A stretch of DNA of 64,000 nt from a virus (IMGVR_UViG_3300045993_000425:102844-166843), one strand, 5' to 3'. Numbered from the stretch's first letter, positions 28,520-38,310 are shown. A program made the numbers and translations. Notes: generated from the sequence alone by a model not told the origin.

Positions 28520-28668
28520 GTTGGCTCCTCTAGTCCAATCAGCCTACCGATGACCTCGTCCAGACATGACCTGTGGTCTACCGCCATTTCATCTGCGACC
28601 AAGCGGAGAGCCTGCTCTACGGGCAGCTTTTCAGCCTTCTTGCACACCTGACACATCGGAACCTCCAC
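28465..28668 (-). CDS. small hypothetical protein with CxxC
   Basis: GGAGG before MCQVC. Confidence 0.5.
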   Translation of the reverse strand: MEVPMCQVCKKAEKLPVEQALRLVADEMAVDHRSCLDEVIGRLIGLEEPTWDTSESELKSKRIPPRA

Positions 28669-28714
28669 TATGTTCTAGCAGAACGAACACCAGCTAGACT
28701 GCCTCCACAAACGC

Positions 28715-28740
28715 AAAAAGGCCCGGTGAGAACCGGGCCT
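28715..28740 (-). terminator. rho-independent terminator after the major capsid gene
   Basis: AGGCCCGG-TTCTCA-CCGGGCCT stem followed by a T-tract on the minus strand. Confidence 0.9.
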
Positions 28741-28769
28741 CTTCGCTGCTATCTAGCCAGGATTACTGA

Positions 28770-30227
28770 CTAAAGAGCACCAACCAGGTTATCCACGATC
28801 ACGTTCTTGCGGGGCTGGAAGCAGGCCAGCGTCAGGAACCGGAAGTGGGCCTCAGGGGTCGAGAGATCCGAAACCGCGAGCTTGAGGCGGCTGTAGGGGC
28901 TCAGTTCCTTGATGCCCATTGTGTCGGGCTGGAGGAGGAAGCCGGTCACGAAGCCAGGGAGCCGGTTGCCGAGGTCGAGGAACGTGGTCGTCCCACCGCT
29001 CGCCGCTACAACGCGGCCGATGAAGCGGAAGTTGACAGCCTTCGTTCCCGCACCAGCCGCAGAGCGGTAGATGTTGTAGAACTTGGCAGTCACGTTCGTG
29101 ATGATGAGACGCGCCGAGCCGGTCGGGCCAGTGATGGCTACCTTGTGGATACCAGCGGTGTCGCCACCGAGGCCGAACGGAGCCGACTCACCAGCCTCGT
29201 TGCAGGCAGTGACGATGTAGCGGTAGGTGCCGGTCGCGAGCGCACCAGCTACAGTCGCACCGTAGTCAGTCAGCGCACCGGCACCGACAGTCGGAGCCGA
29301 AGGGGAGGTCGTGCGAGCACGCGCCCAGGTCGTCTTGCCCGAGAGGAAGCGGCTGGTTTCGATCTTGACGACGCCACCGTGGACATACTGGCGGGAGAGG
29401 TCCGCACCAGAGACATCGACAGCCGAGCCACCAGCCATCATGCGCTGACCGATTGGAGCGAAAGCCCCGTTGACGGCCCCGATGAGGGTCTTGTTGTAGG
29501 CCGAGGCGACGAGCGGGTCAACGTATAGGTCCTTCGCCTCGCCCATGTTCATCTGGCTACGAACGTGCGCGTCTTCGACTACCGACTGAGTGAGAACGCC
29601 ACCGCCAGTGAGGACGATAGAGAGGTTCGAGCCGAACTCCTCGAGCATCAGGTCATGGCTGTTGAACTGGTAATCCGAGGCGCGAACCTGGATGTCGACA
29701 CCGTGGATGTTCGGGAGAGCCGGAACCGCTAGCGGGTTACCATCGAACACGCCCGCGTTGCTGAAGTCAGCGTAACCCCGGAAGATGTCGTACTCCACAT
29801 CCATTGCGATCTTCTTCGCAGCGTCCTCGGCAGCCCGCTCATCAGCCTTCTTGCCGTCAACCGTTTCGACAAGATTCGCAACGACGGTCGTGCGACGAAG
29901 GTGAGAGTAGAAGGCCATCGGTACGACTACCCGGATGATGCTGCTGGTCTCTTCCTGACCGACTGCGCCTTCAAGCTGCGCCGAGCCGCCGAACTGGCCG
30001 TAGTCCAGCTGGCGATCGAATTGCGCGAGGGTCGACTTGCAGCTCTCGACCTTGATCACCTTCTGGAGCTTGATGATGTCTTCCTTCCAGCATACGTTCT
30101 GAATGACTGGAGAAAGGTCTTCGATCTGTAGCGCGGAGCCCTGAGTCTGCGAACCAGGGAAACCACCCTGCTGACCACCTTCGAGTGCCTTCACTAGGCC
30201 CTGGAGATTACCGATGAGATTTTCCAT
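28770..30227 (-). CDS. major capsid protein (SPO1/Herelleviridae-like)
   Basis: N-terminal LVKA..G...ALQIEDL; FDG..IHGV; YRYIVTACNEAGES and YNIYRS insertion; strong codon bias; follows the scaffold. Confidence 0.9.
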   Translation of the reverse strand: MENLIGNLQGLVKALEGGQQGGFPGSQTQGSALQIEDLSPVIQNVCWKEDIIKLQKVIKVESCKSTLAQFDRQLDYGQFGGSAQLEGAVGQEETSSIIRVVVPMAFYSHLRRTTVVANLVETVDGKKADERAAEDAAKKIAMDVEYDIFRGYADFSNAGVFDGNPLAVPALPNIHGVDIQVRASDYQFNSHDLMLEEFGSNLSIVLTGGGVLTQSVVEDAHVRSQMNMGEAKDLYVDPLVASAYNKTLIGAVNGAFAPIGQRMMAGGSAVDVSGADLSRQYVHGGVVKIETSRFLSGKTTWARARTTSPSAPTVGAGALTDYGATVAGALATGTYRYIVTACNEAGESAPFGLGGDTAGIHKVAITGPTGSARLIITNVTAKFYNIYRSAAGAGTKAVNFRFIGRVVAASGGTTTFLDLGNRLPGFVTGFLLQPDTMGIKELSPYSRLKLAVSDLSTPEAHFRFLTLACFQPRKNVIVDNLVGAL

Positions 30228-30275
30228 TTTGCTATCCTTTTCCTTTGCAGCGAGTGTGCCGGCCAGCAGGCGCGG

Positions 30276-31157
30276 TTACTTCGTTTCCTTGAAGATGTCA
30301 GCCAGAGCAGCCCGGTCGACGTTGCGGCAGTAGAAGCCAGTGATGAGATCACGGTCCGATTTCGCGAGCTTCGGGTCGGCAGTCTTGACCTTGAGAGCCT
30401 CGTGAAGTTCAGCCGAAGACATCTCGGTGAAGGCCTTGCCCTTGCGGGGCGATTCCGTCTTGGCCATCGGGATGAAGGTCAGACCATTGACAGCCTTGCG
30501 CTGCGGAGCGGTCGCGAGTTTGCCGAGGCCTTCGACGACCTGAGCCATCTGCTCCATCGACTTACGCAGGGTCGAGAGCTCACCCTCGAGCTCCTTGACT
30601 TTCGCCTCGCTCTTGAAAGCACCAGGAGGAGGAGCCGAGGGACCAGCGGACGGACCAGCCGAGGGGCCGGGACCAGCCGAGGGACCAGGAGGAGGACCGG
30701 CGGGCGGGCCACCAGGACCACCAGCACCCTGACCAGCCTTCATCTGAGCAGCAGCCTGAATCGCCTGGACGTGCATCTCGAAGTCCTGGGGAGGGAGCTG
30801 GGCATAGAGGCTAGTAAGCTCCTCAACAGAGGGAGCCGCACCTTCCGCACCGGCAGCCGGATCGGCCGAGGGAGCACCCTCTGGGCCAGCCGGAGGAGCA
30901 CCTTCAGGGCTCGCGGACGGGCCAGGAGGAGGACCAGCCGAGGCAGACGCATCAGGGCTACCCTCAAGACCAGCCGATGGGGAGGCCTCGGGTGAAGCCG
31001 AGGGGGAAGCCTCGGGGCTGCCTTCGGACTGCTCATTGAACTTCTTCAGGTTCGTGCGCTTCGCCTCATTCTTGGCGATGGTCGCAAGTTCGGTCTGAAC
31101 CTGATTGACGAGGTCGAGAAGCTCTGCTTCCGACATTTTGAATCCTGGGGTTGCCAT
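30276..31157 (-). CDS. capsid scaffolding protein
   Basis: Pro/Ala/Gly low complexity plus coiled coil; several xK|S/T sites (FKSE, LRKS, MAKT, LAKS); directly before the MCP. Confidence 0.75.
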   Translation of the reverse strand: MATPGFKMSEAELLDLVNQVQTELATIAKNEAKRTNLKKFNEQSEGSPEASPSASPEASPSAGLEGSPDASASAGPPPGPSASPEGAPPAGPEGAPSADPAAGAEGAAPSVEELTSLYAQLPPQDFEMHVQAIQAAAQMKAGQGAGGPGGPPAGPPPGPSAGPGPSAGPSAGPSAPPPGAFKSEAKVKELEGELSTLRKSMEQMAQVVEGLGKLATAPQRKAVNGLTFIPMAKTESPRKGKAFTEMSSAELHEALKVKTADPKLAKSDRDLITGFYCRNVDRAALADIFKETK

Positions 31158-31193
31158 AGTAGTCTCTCCAGTAGGGTCGTTGTCAGGAAACGA

Positions 31194-31682
31194 CTAGACC
31201 GAAGCCTGGCTGCCCCATTCGATGCTGTCGAAGGTCGTGATGAGAGTACCGCCGGCGATGTCGGCCTGACCGATGATCTTGGAGCCAACCGAGCGGCCCG
31301 AGGGATCGAATCCGTAAACCTCGACGCGCATGCCAGTGCGGACGAGTTCGCCAAAGACAGTGAGCTCAGTGGCGCGGCTGGTGCTTCCGGCGGCGGCGGT
31401 ATCGAGGACGACCTTGATGACGTTGGGCGAGTAGACTCGCTGGGTCAGGCCGAGAGCATCAACCGCACCCGAGAGAGCGGCAGGCTGCGAACCGAACTTG
31501 ATGACGGCTTCAACCGAGCTGTCAACCGCACCGACAGTGCCGGGGAACGCAACGGTCAGGTAGAGGTCGCCATTGCCGTCGTAGGACTTGGAAACCGGAA
31601 CCGGGTCGAGAGCAACCGCAAGACGCAGGTTGAGACGCTCCTGAAGGGACTGCGCCTGGATTTCGCTTTTCTGAGTAGCCAT
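31194..31682 (-). CDS. putative highly expressed head/structural protein (162 aa)
   Basis: AGGAG RBS; same codon bias as the MCP. Confidence 0.7.
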   Translation of the reverse strand: MATQKSEIQAQSLQERLNLRLAVALDPVPVSKSYDGNGDLYLTVAFPGTVGAVDSSVEAVIKFGSQPAALSGAVDALGLTQRVYSPNVIKVVLDTAAAGSTSRATELTVFGELVRTGMRVEVYGFDPSGRSVGSKIIGQADIAGGTLITTFDSIEWGSQASV

Positions 31683-31745
31683 CTTGGACTCCTATGAAAT
31701 GTTTCGCGGCACGGGCCGCTTGCATCTCAGAGATTCTCATTGGTT

Positions 31746-31775
31746 AAGATAGCCCGGTTTTGTGGCGGCAATCTT
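31746..31775. promoter_or_regulatory. back-to-back late-promoter-like cores: GCTATCTT (minus, toward the capsid operon) and GCAATCTT (plus, 7 nt before ATG 31783)
   Basis: Variants of the GCAATCT motif in a divergent intergenic region. Confidence 0.45.
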
Positions 31776-31782
31776 CTAAACC

Positions 31783-32088
31783 ATGAGAACTTGTACCAGA
31801 TGTGGGATATCGCATACCGATGTACACCATACTCGCTGCTCGGAATGCAGAAGGAAGACTCGAGCGGCAGGCAAATGGCCAGAATGCACCATCTGCGGCT
31901 GGCACCGTAGAGAGGAGTCCCAAGGTGTCTGCTGGCGATGTAGTGGACTGCGGAATTGCACGAAGTGCCTGGAGAGACTTCCTATTCTACTCTTCCAGAC
32001 TAAGAGGCGAGTGTGCCGAGCTTGCCGACAAGAAGCTCGTACTTCCTCTTACGATGCGGACTTCCAGGTGCTCTCTCGCTCTTCTTGA
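31783..32088 (+). CDS. Cys-rich multi-zinc-finger protein
   Basis: Six CxxC pairs in 101 aa. Confidence 0.65.
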   Translation: MRTCTRCGISHTDVHHTRCSECRRKTRAAGKWPECTICGWHRREESQGVCWRCSGLRNCTKCLERLPILLFQTKRRVCRACRQEARTSSYDADFQVLSRSS

Positions 32089-32788
32089 CCATTGGATCAA
32101 GGAGTCCTGCACCAGCAATGGGGCTACGAAGGAGAGGGGCTTGGTTCTTGACGCTGTCTGGGATCTCAGGCTCGTCCCCTACAGGAACCGGACCAGCGGA
32201 GCCAGGGAGCAGCGAATGAGCGTGATTTTTAGCCTGCCCTGGAGGTCTGCCAGCTGCCTTCTTTGCATTCTTGGCATGGATGAGAGCCTGCTCTGCTTGA
32301 TCTGGACTGTCAGCTAGGCCTACGCTGACGCTGTGACGATGCTGCCCCATGATGGGAGGAAGCTGGTCGAGCTCTTCTCGCATTCTACGAACGAAGGCAT
32401 GGGCCTGCTCTGGCTTGTCAAAGTGCGCTCGGAACTCGTCACCACCTACTCGATACAGCTTGCCGCTATTGGACCGGCTAGCGCGACTGATGGCTCCACC
32501 CATCGCCTGGATGGCTTCATCACCTACCGACTGCCCCCACAGCTTGTTGACGACCCCGAAGTCATTGAAGTCGATCATTACATGGACACCAGGCCTATCC
32601 CGACTCAGGAAGTCTTGCGTGTAAGCCAACTTGTTGCCTACGCCAGGAACCATCGTGTCAATAAACAGATGCCGTGCAACGACCTTGGCTGATTCAGGAG
32701 CGACCTGACGCAACAACTTCAGGTGCCGCCCCAGTTCCGATTCGATCTTCCAGAGCTGCTCGCCTGGTTCTCTTTTCGTGATCTGCAT
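32000..32788 (-). CDS. GGDEF-domain (diguanylate cyclase-like) protein
   Basis: MIDFNDF..VN..WG..VGDEAI, YRVGGDEF, SVSVG, A..AK..GR. Confidence 0.9.
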   Translation of the reverse strand: MQITKREPGEQLWKIESELGRHLKLLRQVAPESAKVVARHLFIDTMVPGVGNKLAYTQDFLSRDRPGVHVMIDFNDFGVVNKLWGQSVGDEAIQAMGGAISRASRSNSGKLYRVGGDEFRAHFDKPEQAHAFVRRMREELDQLPPIMGQHRHSVSVGLADSPDQAEQALIHAKNAKKAAGRPPGQAKNHAHSLLPGSAGPVPVGDEPEIPDSVKNQAPLLRSPIAGAGLLDPMVKKSERAPGSPHRKRKYELLVGKLGTLAS

Positions 32789-32796
32789 AAACTCTC

Positions 32797-33090
32797 CTAC
32801 TCGAACTGGAACTCAGGCACAAGGTCTTCGTGATTGCCGTCTTTGATGTCATCCTCATGCACCACTTGCCAGTAGGCACTGTGCTCCAACTGCTGCATAC
32901 GGCTCAGGATGCGACCAGTCAGAGGACCAGGCGGAATCATTCCCTCGAGGAAGTCGTCGTGGTCCTCGAGGATGCTGATGACTCCACCAATGATGGCAAA
33001 CCGCCCCATCAGTCGCCTCTCGACATGAGGGTACTTATCCGCATAGACACGATAGATTCGGTACACACCATTCATTCCGACTTTGCTCAT
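32797..33090 (-). CDS. hypothetical protein (97 aa)
   Basis: Co-oriented between the protease and GGDEF genes. Confidence 0.75.
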   Translation of the reverse strand: MSKVGMNGVYRIYRVYADKYPHVERRLMGRFAIIGGVISILEDHDDFLEGMIPPGPLTGRILSRMQQLEHSAYWQVVHEDDIKDGNHEDLVPEFQFE

Positions 33091-33102
33091 TGGTTTCTCA
33101 GT

Positions 33103-36100
33103 TTAGGTGGCTGGGAACTGCTGCATGGCTACGATACCTTTTGTAGCAGGGTTGCCAGCGAGGAAGGGAGAGAAGAACAGTTGGGCCCGACTCTGGTCTG
33201 GTAGTTTAGCGATCAACTGCAAGTCTCGCAGCCTACGAATCGCCTCACGCTTGGAAGGAGTCGGAATGCCAAGCCTGGTCATGTGGTTGGCTAGGTCGGT
33301 CGACTTGAGTTTACTGATCCAGTTGATGGTGGATGGGTGAGGAGCATTAAATGCCCAAGCGTCGAAAGGATTAGCACGGCTGTTCTTCACCGCTCTATTA
33401 CCTCCGAAGCCCCAGTAATCAGGGATCCAAGGAGTACCCTTACCCCCGCCGAGCGAAAGACCGTTGTCGATCAGATGGATACCTCCAGGTGTCACCATCC
33501 AGTTACCACTGTGACGGTCGTTGTTGCCCAAGATCATATCCATCAAGGCTAGCCTGTCGAGGAGCCCAGACCTGAAATGTTCAGCTACTTGGTCCCTGTG
33601 TCCATTGCCTCTATGTTCAGCCCCATCGACACGCAACTGACTGGAGTAAGGCTCACCATGTCCTGGGTGCAAGAAAGCTGCTGTCACAGGTACATGATCT
33701 CCTAGCCCGAACACCTTGTGGGCCAGTTCGTAGAATGCGGCCTCTCGATGGGCTGGGGTGTAGTCATCAAAGCTAGCATGACCGAAGTAATCCATAGTCG
33801 GACCAGCTGGCTTGACCCACCCTACATGACCAGCAGTGCTGGCTAGCCACTTGGCGTCCCCACCCTCCCGCTCAGTCAACCCCATCCTCTGCCCTATGAG
33901 GTTCTTTTCACCATCTTCGTCCAGATCGATGCCGTCGATCAATGCAATCTGGCCTGGAGAATGAGCATGGTGAGGGATGCCGTGCCTGGATGCGCTGACG
34001 ACGAGCCCGCTGCCTACCTGCCTGGGGTGCCTGATGACATCGAAGTGCGTACTGCTAGTGATATGCTCTGGCAGGATAGCGAGAGTACCCTTGCTATCCA
34101 TGACGAAAGTCCGACGATTGATACCTAGCGGACTAGTCGGATCACCCAATTTGACGAGATGGGTCTCCTGCCCCATCTTAGGACCAGCAGCCCAGCGAAT
34201 GGCACCCAACTCAATGTTCTTGCCCTTGTACTTGATGACCTTTGGAGCCGCTGGCGGATTGACAGGAGCGGGTTGATTGCCTGGGTCGGTAGCCTTCCTA
34301 AGCTGTGCAGCTAGCCGCTCACCCTTGGATAGCGAATGCGAGAGGATGTGCGGAAGCATAAAAGCGTAATAGGCAAACATGGCTGGGGTGGTTCCAAACT
34401 GAAGTTCGAGCTCATGCATGACATGAGCGCACCGAGCAGGCATTGAGCCGCCATCCGACCAATCTGTTTCGTCCGAATCATTGCTCGCCTTGCTTTCATC
34501 CTTGAGTAGCTTCCGGTCGTATGGGACTCCATACCGATCTAGCATATGCTTGGCAGCCATGAAGAAAACCCGATGGTCTGTACCGGCGTTCTCTGCCTGG
34601 TTCTGCCAGCCCCTCTGAAGTTCATGCGGCTCAATAGAGAGCCAGTGCAACCAGAAGCCAGGGAAGAGGGCCTGCTCTCCGATGTCCTCTCCATACCGGC
34701 GGCGGATCTTCTCTCGAGTGAACTGCACCGCTGGGTGCCGGTCATAGTAGTACTTGTCGATATCCTGCCAGAGAGGCTCGTGCTCTGCATTCAGCATGCT
34801 CGACTTGACTTGCTCGATCTGCGGGTCGCCATTCATGAGGCCAAAGGTGTGCCTGAGGAAGTGCGTGTCAGGTACGACGACATTGCCGCTGCCGATCATG
34901 CCAAGGAGATAGCGGAGAGTCTTGACCGCAAAGCCTGAGGCGACAGGCATACCTGGGTCAAGTCCCTTGTTTCTGGAGCTATTCCTGTCCTTCTCGTTCT
35001 GCGACTTCAGCTCCAGGATGTGTCTGCTGATCTCGCGACCATCTGCACCATGCTGACCCACCATTCCACTCAGAAGCTGGTGGAAGGCGTGGTAGTCCTC
35101 AGTGCGGTCCCATTTTCCATCCGAGGGAGGATTGCGACCCTCGAGGCCTACTGGGCGTAGATACGGCTCCCCCTTCGTCTCACCTTCCTTCGTCCAGGCA
35201 GTAGAGCGACGACTGTCTCGGATGGAGAAGAAATCCTTCATGAACTCAGGCATCATGTGACCAACAGATGCCGCCTTGAACTCCTTGAAGTACTGGTCCT
35301 TGAGGTCCTGGGGAAGCTCAACCGTAGGGTCCCACTTGTGGTTGTGCATCATGTCAATAACGCGAGCAAAAGCAAGCTCTTGGAGCGGGACGGCCGTGTT
35401 ACCAGTGATGAATACCTGACCAGATCGTCTGGCAACGAAGAAGCTGTTCGGCACTACAGGACACCAGACTGGTACTTTTCCGACGAACTCCCGCCTGTGG
35501 CTGCTTTCGAGTCGAGTGAACTTGCGCTGCTGTACACTCACATTGAAGCAGCCTGTCATCTTCGGGATGTTCTTCATCTTGTCAGACTTCGGAGAATACA
35601 TCGACATATCGCGCCAGTAGCTGTATGCCACACCACCAGTTAGCGTAACCAAAGCCTGGAAAGCGTCAGCCTGCTCTCTTCTACCAGTTGTCAGCGTTTT
35701 CCTGGCCTTCCAGTTGGAGTGCTCCTTGTGCTGATTGATACAACCGTCACCCAAGATCATGGACTCCTTGAGTCGTTCCAGAGCGTGACGATCTAGATCA
35801 ACAAGAGTGGCAACTGTAAGCGTTCTATCTGGACACCTAGATATTAGCATGTTGCTTAGGCGAGTCCCAATTCGCCATACATACTTGCCATCCTTCGGGA
35901 AACTGTACCGAGTCCACTCACCATCTCTGCCAGATGGACCAAGCCTAGACAACAGAGCATCGATCCTGGCGCACTTCTCTGGATTGGCTGTTGGGCTCTG
36001 AACCAAGAAGCATCCTTGACGATCCGGCTTGGTCTTGTTCTTGAAATGCCTAATGAATCCATCTGTGACAAACCAACCAAGAAGCTCTGCTTCATCTCCA

Positions 36101-37875
36101 GTAAGAGACGACACGCTAGCTGGTTGATACTCACCGGTTCTGTGAATCTGGTCATTTGCCGTACCAATAGTTGCACTGGTTTTTTCTCTGACGACGCCTC
36201 TTCCAGTAGTGACCAACCATCTATGATCAGGGGTCGTGATGACATTGAACGAGCGACTCTTGAACTCAACAAGAGGCCCTTCGTAGTCAGGGAAGAATCG
36301 GAGATCGGTTGGTTTTTGCCATTCGAGAGCGTTTGTTTCAGCGTTCTTCGTCAAGATCTCATCATCCATCCGAAGATCAAAACCAGGAACCCACCCACGC
36401 TTGGTCAAGGCTTCTGTCTTATCGTCAAGACAGTTGGGACTCATGGTAGAGAAGAGCGCAGATAGAGCCACGACACCATGAGGGAGCCGTCCCTCTCGAG
36501 TCAGCTTGTGGAGGGCGAACCAGTGGTCGAGGGCCCGGTTGTGGATCTCATTGATGCCGGGATTGCTCAAGATCTGCATGTAGTGGTCATCATCCGCTTC
36601 TGGGATGTAGATGCGTAGAGGACTCGGGGTCCACATCAGAACCTTGCCGTCAGGCCCCCTCGGCTTTCCCTTGACCTGCTTCTTCGCGAAGTAGACAACT
36701 CCTGTCCTTTTATCGAAGTAGGTCCTAGTCCTGTCCATCTTGCGACGATGGATGTCATCCTTCTCCGCAGGAGGCAGCGAAGGGGCAGGCTCGCCAGCAG
36801 CTTGGGCATCCTTGATGTCCCTGACGACACCACGATAGGCCTTCTCGGGGTCTGGTGCATTCTTGGGAACCGTGACCGTCACCTTGTGAACGACACCACC
36901 TGGAGGGTCGAGGATGGTGTCTCTGACCGGAGGTGCCTTCTCTGCTTTCGGCTTCTTGACCTTGGGTTGCTCCTCGTCCTTGCGGAGGTGCTTGAGGCGT
37001 CCCTTGACAGATAGGTCGTCTACTAGGTCGCTGAAGTGATCAACGAACTCGTCGGAGGCATCAGGCAGCTGCGATTTGAGGTAAGTCTTGAAGGGACCGT
37101 GCTGGAACTTATCATAGTCCCTCAGAGCAGCCTTGGCTCGGTTCTTCTGCTCGCTGGTCGCCAGGTTCTCTGTCTCGAGCGCAGCTTGACCTGTCTGAGC
37201 TCCCGGCATCCCACCCTGCATCTTCCGAAGACCAGCTAGAGCAGCGACCAGCATCTCAGCGGGTGTCGTCTGGTCGACCCACAATCCCTCACCCAGGCGT
37301 CGAAACAGGGTTCCCTCGCCCTTCGCTGTCTCCTCTAGGAAGGAAACGTCGGTCTTAGCTCCACCTTGCTCTGGGTCGAGGAGGACTCCTGTCACAGCGG
37401 ACTTGTTGGCTGGCTTCATCGTTGCGGCACAGCGACGAGCGATGGTCCTCTTCAGGACATTCCCGTCTCGCTCGAGAGTGCTTCCCTCCACTGACCAGCG
37501 GATCGAGAGTGGCTCACCGGCAGCCGCCTGGTCGCGAATGATAGCAGCGGCAGCCTTGGCGTTCTCATGACCTGAGGCATCGAAGAGCCTGACCACCCCA
37601 TAGACGAAGGGAACCTTGCAGGCCTCCCAGTAGGTCTTCTGGCGGTCGTCATCGCAATCCTTGGCACCGAAAATCTTCTTTGCTTTGATGAACTTACCGA
37701 TGATGCTAGATGGACCCTGGTCGTCACCGGCATGCTCCCAGTTGAGTTCAGCACCATTCTGGAGGCTAGAGATATCTGCCCCCTCAACGAGGAGGATTTC
37801 CCCTGAGCTATCAACGTGCTCTGAGCACACGATGCCGTCGATCACTAGTCCCTTGCTGCCCTGGCCATCGGCCAT
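33103..37875 (-). CDS. prohead protease fused to an intein-containing HhH-glycosylase-like domain and a PI3/4K-like kinase
   Basis: IDGIVCSEHVDSSGE...LNWEH...WSVEG; GFAVKT...VVPDTH; REAAFY...NNDRHSGN...LIDNG. Confidence 0.85.
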   Translation of the reverse strand: MADGQGSKGLVIDGIVCSEHVDSSGEILLVEGADISSLQNGAELNWEHAGDDQGPSSIIGKFIKAKKIFGAKDCDDDRQKTYWEACKVPFVYGVVRLFDASGHENAKAAAAIIRDQAAAGEPLSIRWSVEGSTLERDGNVLKRTIARRCAATMKPANKSAVTGVLLDPEQGGAKTDVSFLEETAKGEGTLFRRLGEGLWVDQTTPAEMLVAALAGLRKMQGGMPGAQTGQAALETENLATSEQKNRAKAALRDYDKFQHGPFKTYLKSQLPDASDEFVDHFSDLVDDLSVKGRLKHLRKDEEQPKVKKPKAEKAPPVRDTILDPPGGVVHKVTVTVPKNAPDPEKAYRGVVRDIKDAQAAGEPAPSLPPAEKDDIHRRKMDRTRTYFDKRTGVVYFAKKQVKGKPRGPDGKVLMWTPSPLRIYIPEADDDHYMQILSNPGINEIHNRALDHWFALHKLTREGRLPHGVVALSALFSTMSPNCLDDKTEALTKRGWVPGFDLRMDDEILTKNAETNALEWQKPTDLRFFPDYEGPLVEFKSRSFNVITTPDHRWLVTTGRGVVREKTSATIGTANDQIHRTGEYQPASVSSLTGDEAELLGWFVTDGFIRHFKNKTKPDRQGCFLVQSPTANPEKCARIDALLSRLGPSGRDGEWTRYSFPKDGKYVWRIGTRLSNMLISRCPDRTLTVATLVDLDRHALERLKESMILGDGCINQHKEHSNWKARKTLTTGRREQADAFQALVTLTGGVAYSYWRDMSMYSPKSDKMKNIPKMTGCFNVSVQQRKFTRLESSHRREFVGKVPVWCPVVPNSFFVARRSGQVFITGNTAVPLQELAFARVIDMMHNHKWDPTVELPQDLKDQYFKEFKAASVGHMMPEFMKDFFSIRDSRRSTAWTKEGETKGEPYLRPVGLEGRNPPSDGKWDRTEDYHAFHQLLSGMVGQHGADGREISRHILELKSQNEKDRNSSRNKGLDPGMPVASGFAVKTLRYLLGMIGSGNVVVPDTHFLRHTFGLMNGDPQIEQVKSSMLNAEHEPLWQDIDKYYYDRHPAVQFTREKIRRRYGEDIGEQALFPGFWLHWLSIEPHELQRGWQNQAENAGTDHRVFFMAAKHMLDRYGVPYDRKLLKDESKASNDSDETDWSDGGSMPARCAHVMHELELQFGTTPAMFAYYAFMLPHILSHSLSKGERLAAQLRKATDPGNQPAPVNPPAAPKVIKYKGKNIELGAIRWAAGPKMGQETHLVKLGDPTSPLGINRRTFVMDSKGTLAILPEHITSSTHFDVIRHPRQVGSGLVVSASRHGIPHHAHSPGQIALIDGIDLDEDGEKNLIGQRMGLTEREGGDAKWLASTAGHVGWVKPAGPTMDYFGHASFDDYTPAHREAAFYELAHKVFGLGDHVPVTAAFLHPGHGEPYSSQLRVDGAEHRGNGHRDQVAEHFRSGLLDRLALMDMILGNNDRHSGNWMVTPGGIHLIDNGLSLGGGKGTPWIPDYWGFGGNRAVKNSRANPFDAWAFNAPHPSTINWISKLKSTDLANHMTRLGIPTPSKREAIRRLRDLQLIAKLPDQSRAQLFFSPFLAGNPATKGIVAMQQFPAT
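35398..36432 (-). mobile_element. intein (345 aa) with a LAGLIDADG-type homing endonuclease
   Basis: SPN|CLDDKTEALT...TPDHR...LGWFVTDG...MILGDG...FITGN|T. Confidence 0.92.
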
Positions 37876-37917
37876 ACGCGCTCCGTTCGGATGACCCGCA
37901 GAGTGGAGTCTTTCCGA

Positions 37918-37925
37918 TAGATTGC
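37918..37925 (-). promoter_or_regulatory. putative late promoter core GCAATCTA
   Basis: About 40 nt upstream of the protease ATG. Confidence 0.6.
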
Positions 37926-37945
37926 CTCGCTATAGCAGTAGCATG

Positions 37946-37974
37946 TTGACACCCGCGCAGTGGTTTGATAGTAT
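37946..37974 (+). promoter_or_regulatory. early promoter TTGACA-N17-TAGTAT (probably leaderless)
   Basis: ATG is 6 nt after the -10. Confidence 0.85.
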
Positions 37975-37980
37975 CCGTTC

Positions 37981-38310
37981 ATGACAACAACTCAACTCAC
38001 CGCAGCAGGGCTCAAGGTGGAGTTCACCGAGCACGTTGCCGATTTCGACGTGAACCCATTTCTGGGCATCCTTCGCTTCGGAAAGGTGGTCTCCCAACGC
38101 AAGGACAAGTCGGGAGCCATCAAGGTCGGCTTTGAGGACGGAACCGTCTGTTTCTACTACAAGGGCATCCGCATTCAGGAGGACAAGATGGTTCCCTCTG
38201 GTTACTGGGGGCGGTGGCGTGCCTACACCTACGACACAGAATGCCGGGGCATCTATCACAGCAAACTGAGGGATGTGGTCGAGGAGATCAAGAAGATCGC
38301 AGTGAAATAA
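37981..38310 (+). CDS. hypothetical early protein (109 aa)
   Basis: Lies between two early promoters. Confidence 0.8.
   Translation: MTTTQLTAAGLKVEFTEHVADFDVNPFLGILRFGKVVSQRKDKSGAIKVGFEDGTVCFYYKGIRIQEDKMVPSGYWGRWRAYTYDTECRGIYHSKLRDVVEEIKKIAVK

Noticed and set aside
28845-30995. Plus-strand ORFs over the capsid and scaffold genes
   Set aside because: Antisense artefacts of codon bias
30600-31030. Short GC-rich tandem repeats (also 46570-46760)
   Set aside because: They encode Pro/Gly/Ala/Gln low-complexity linkers of the scaffold and portal; no repeat-spacer structure, so not CRISPR
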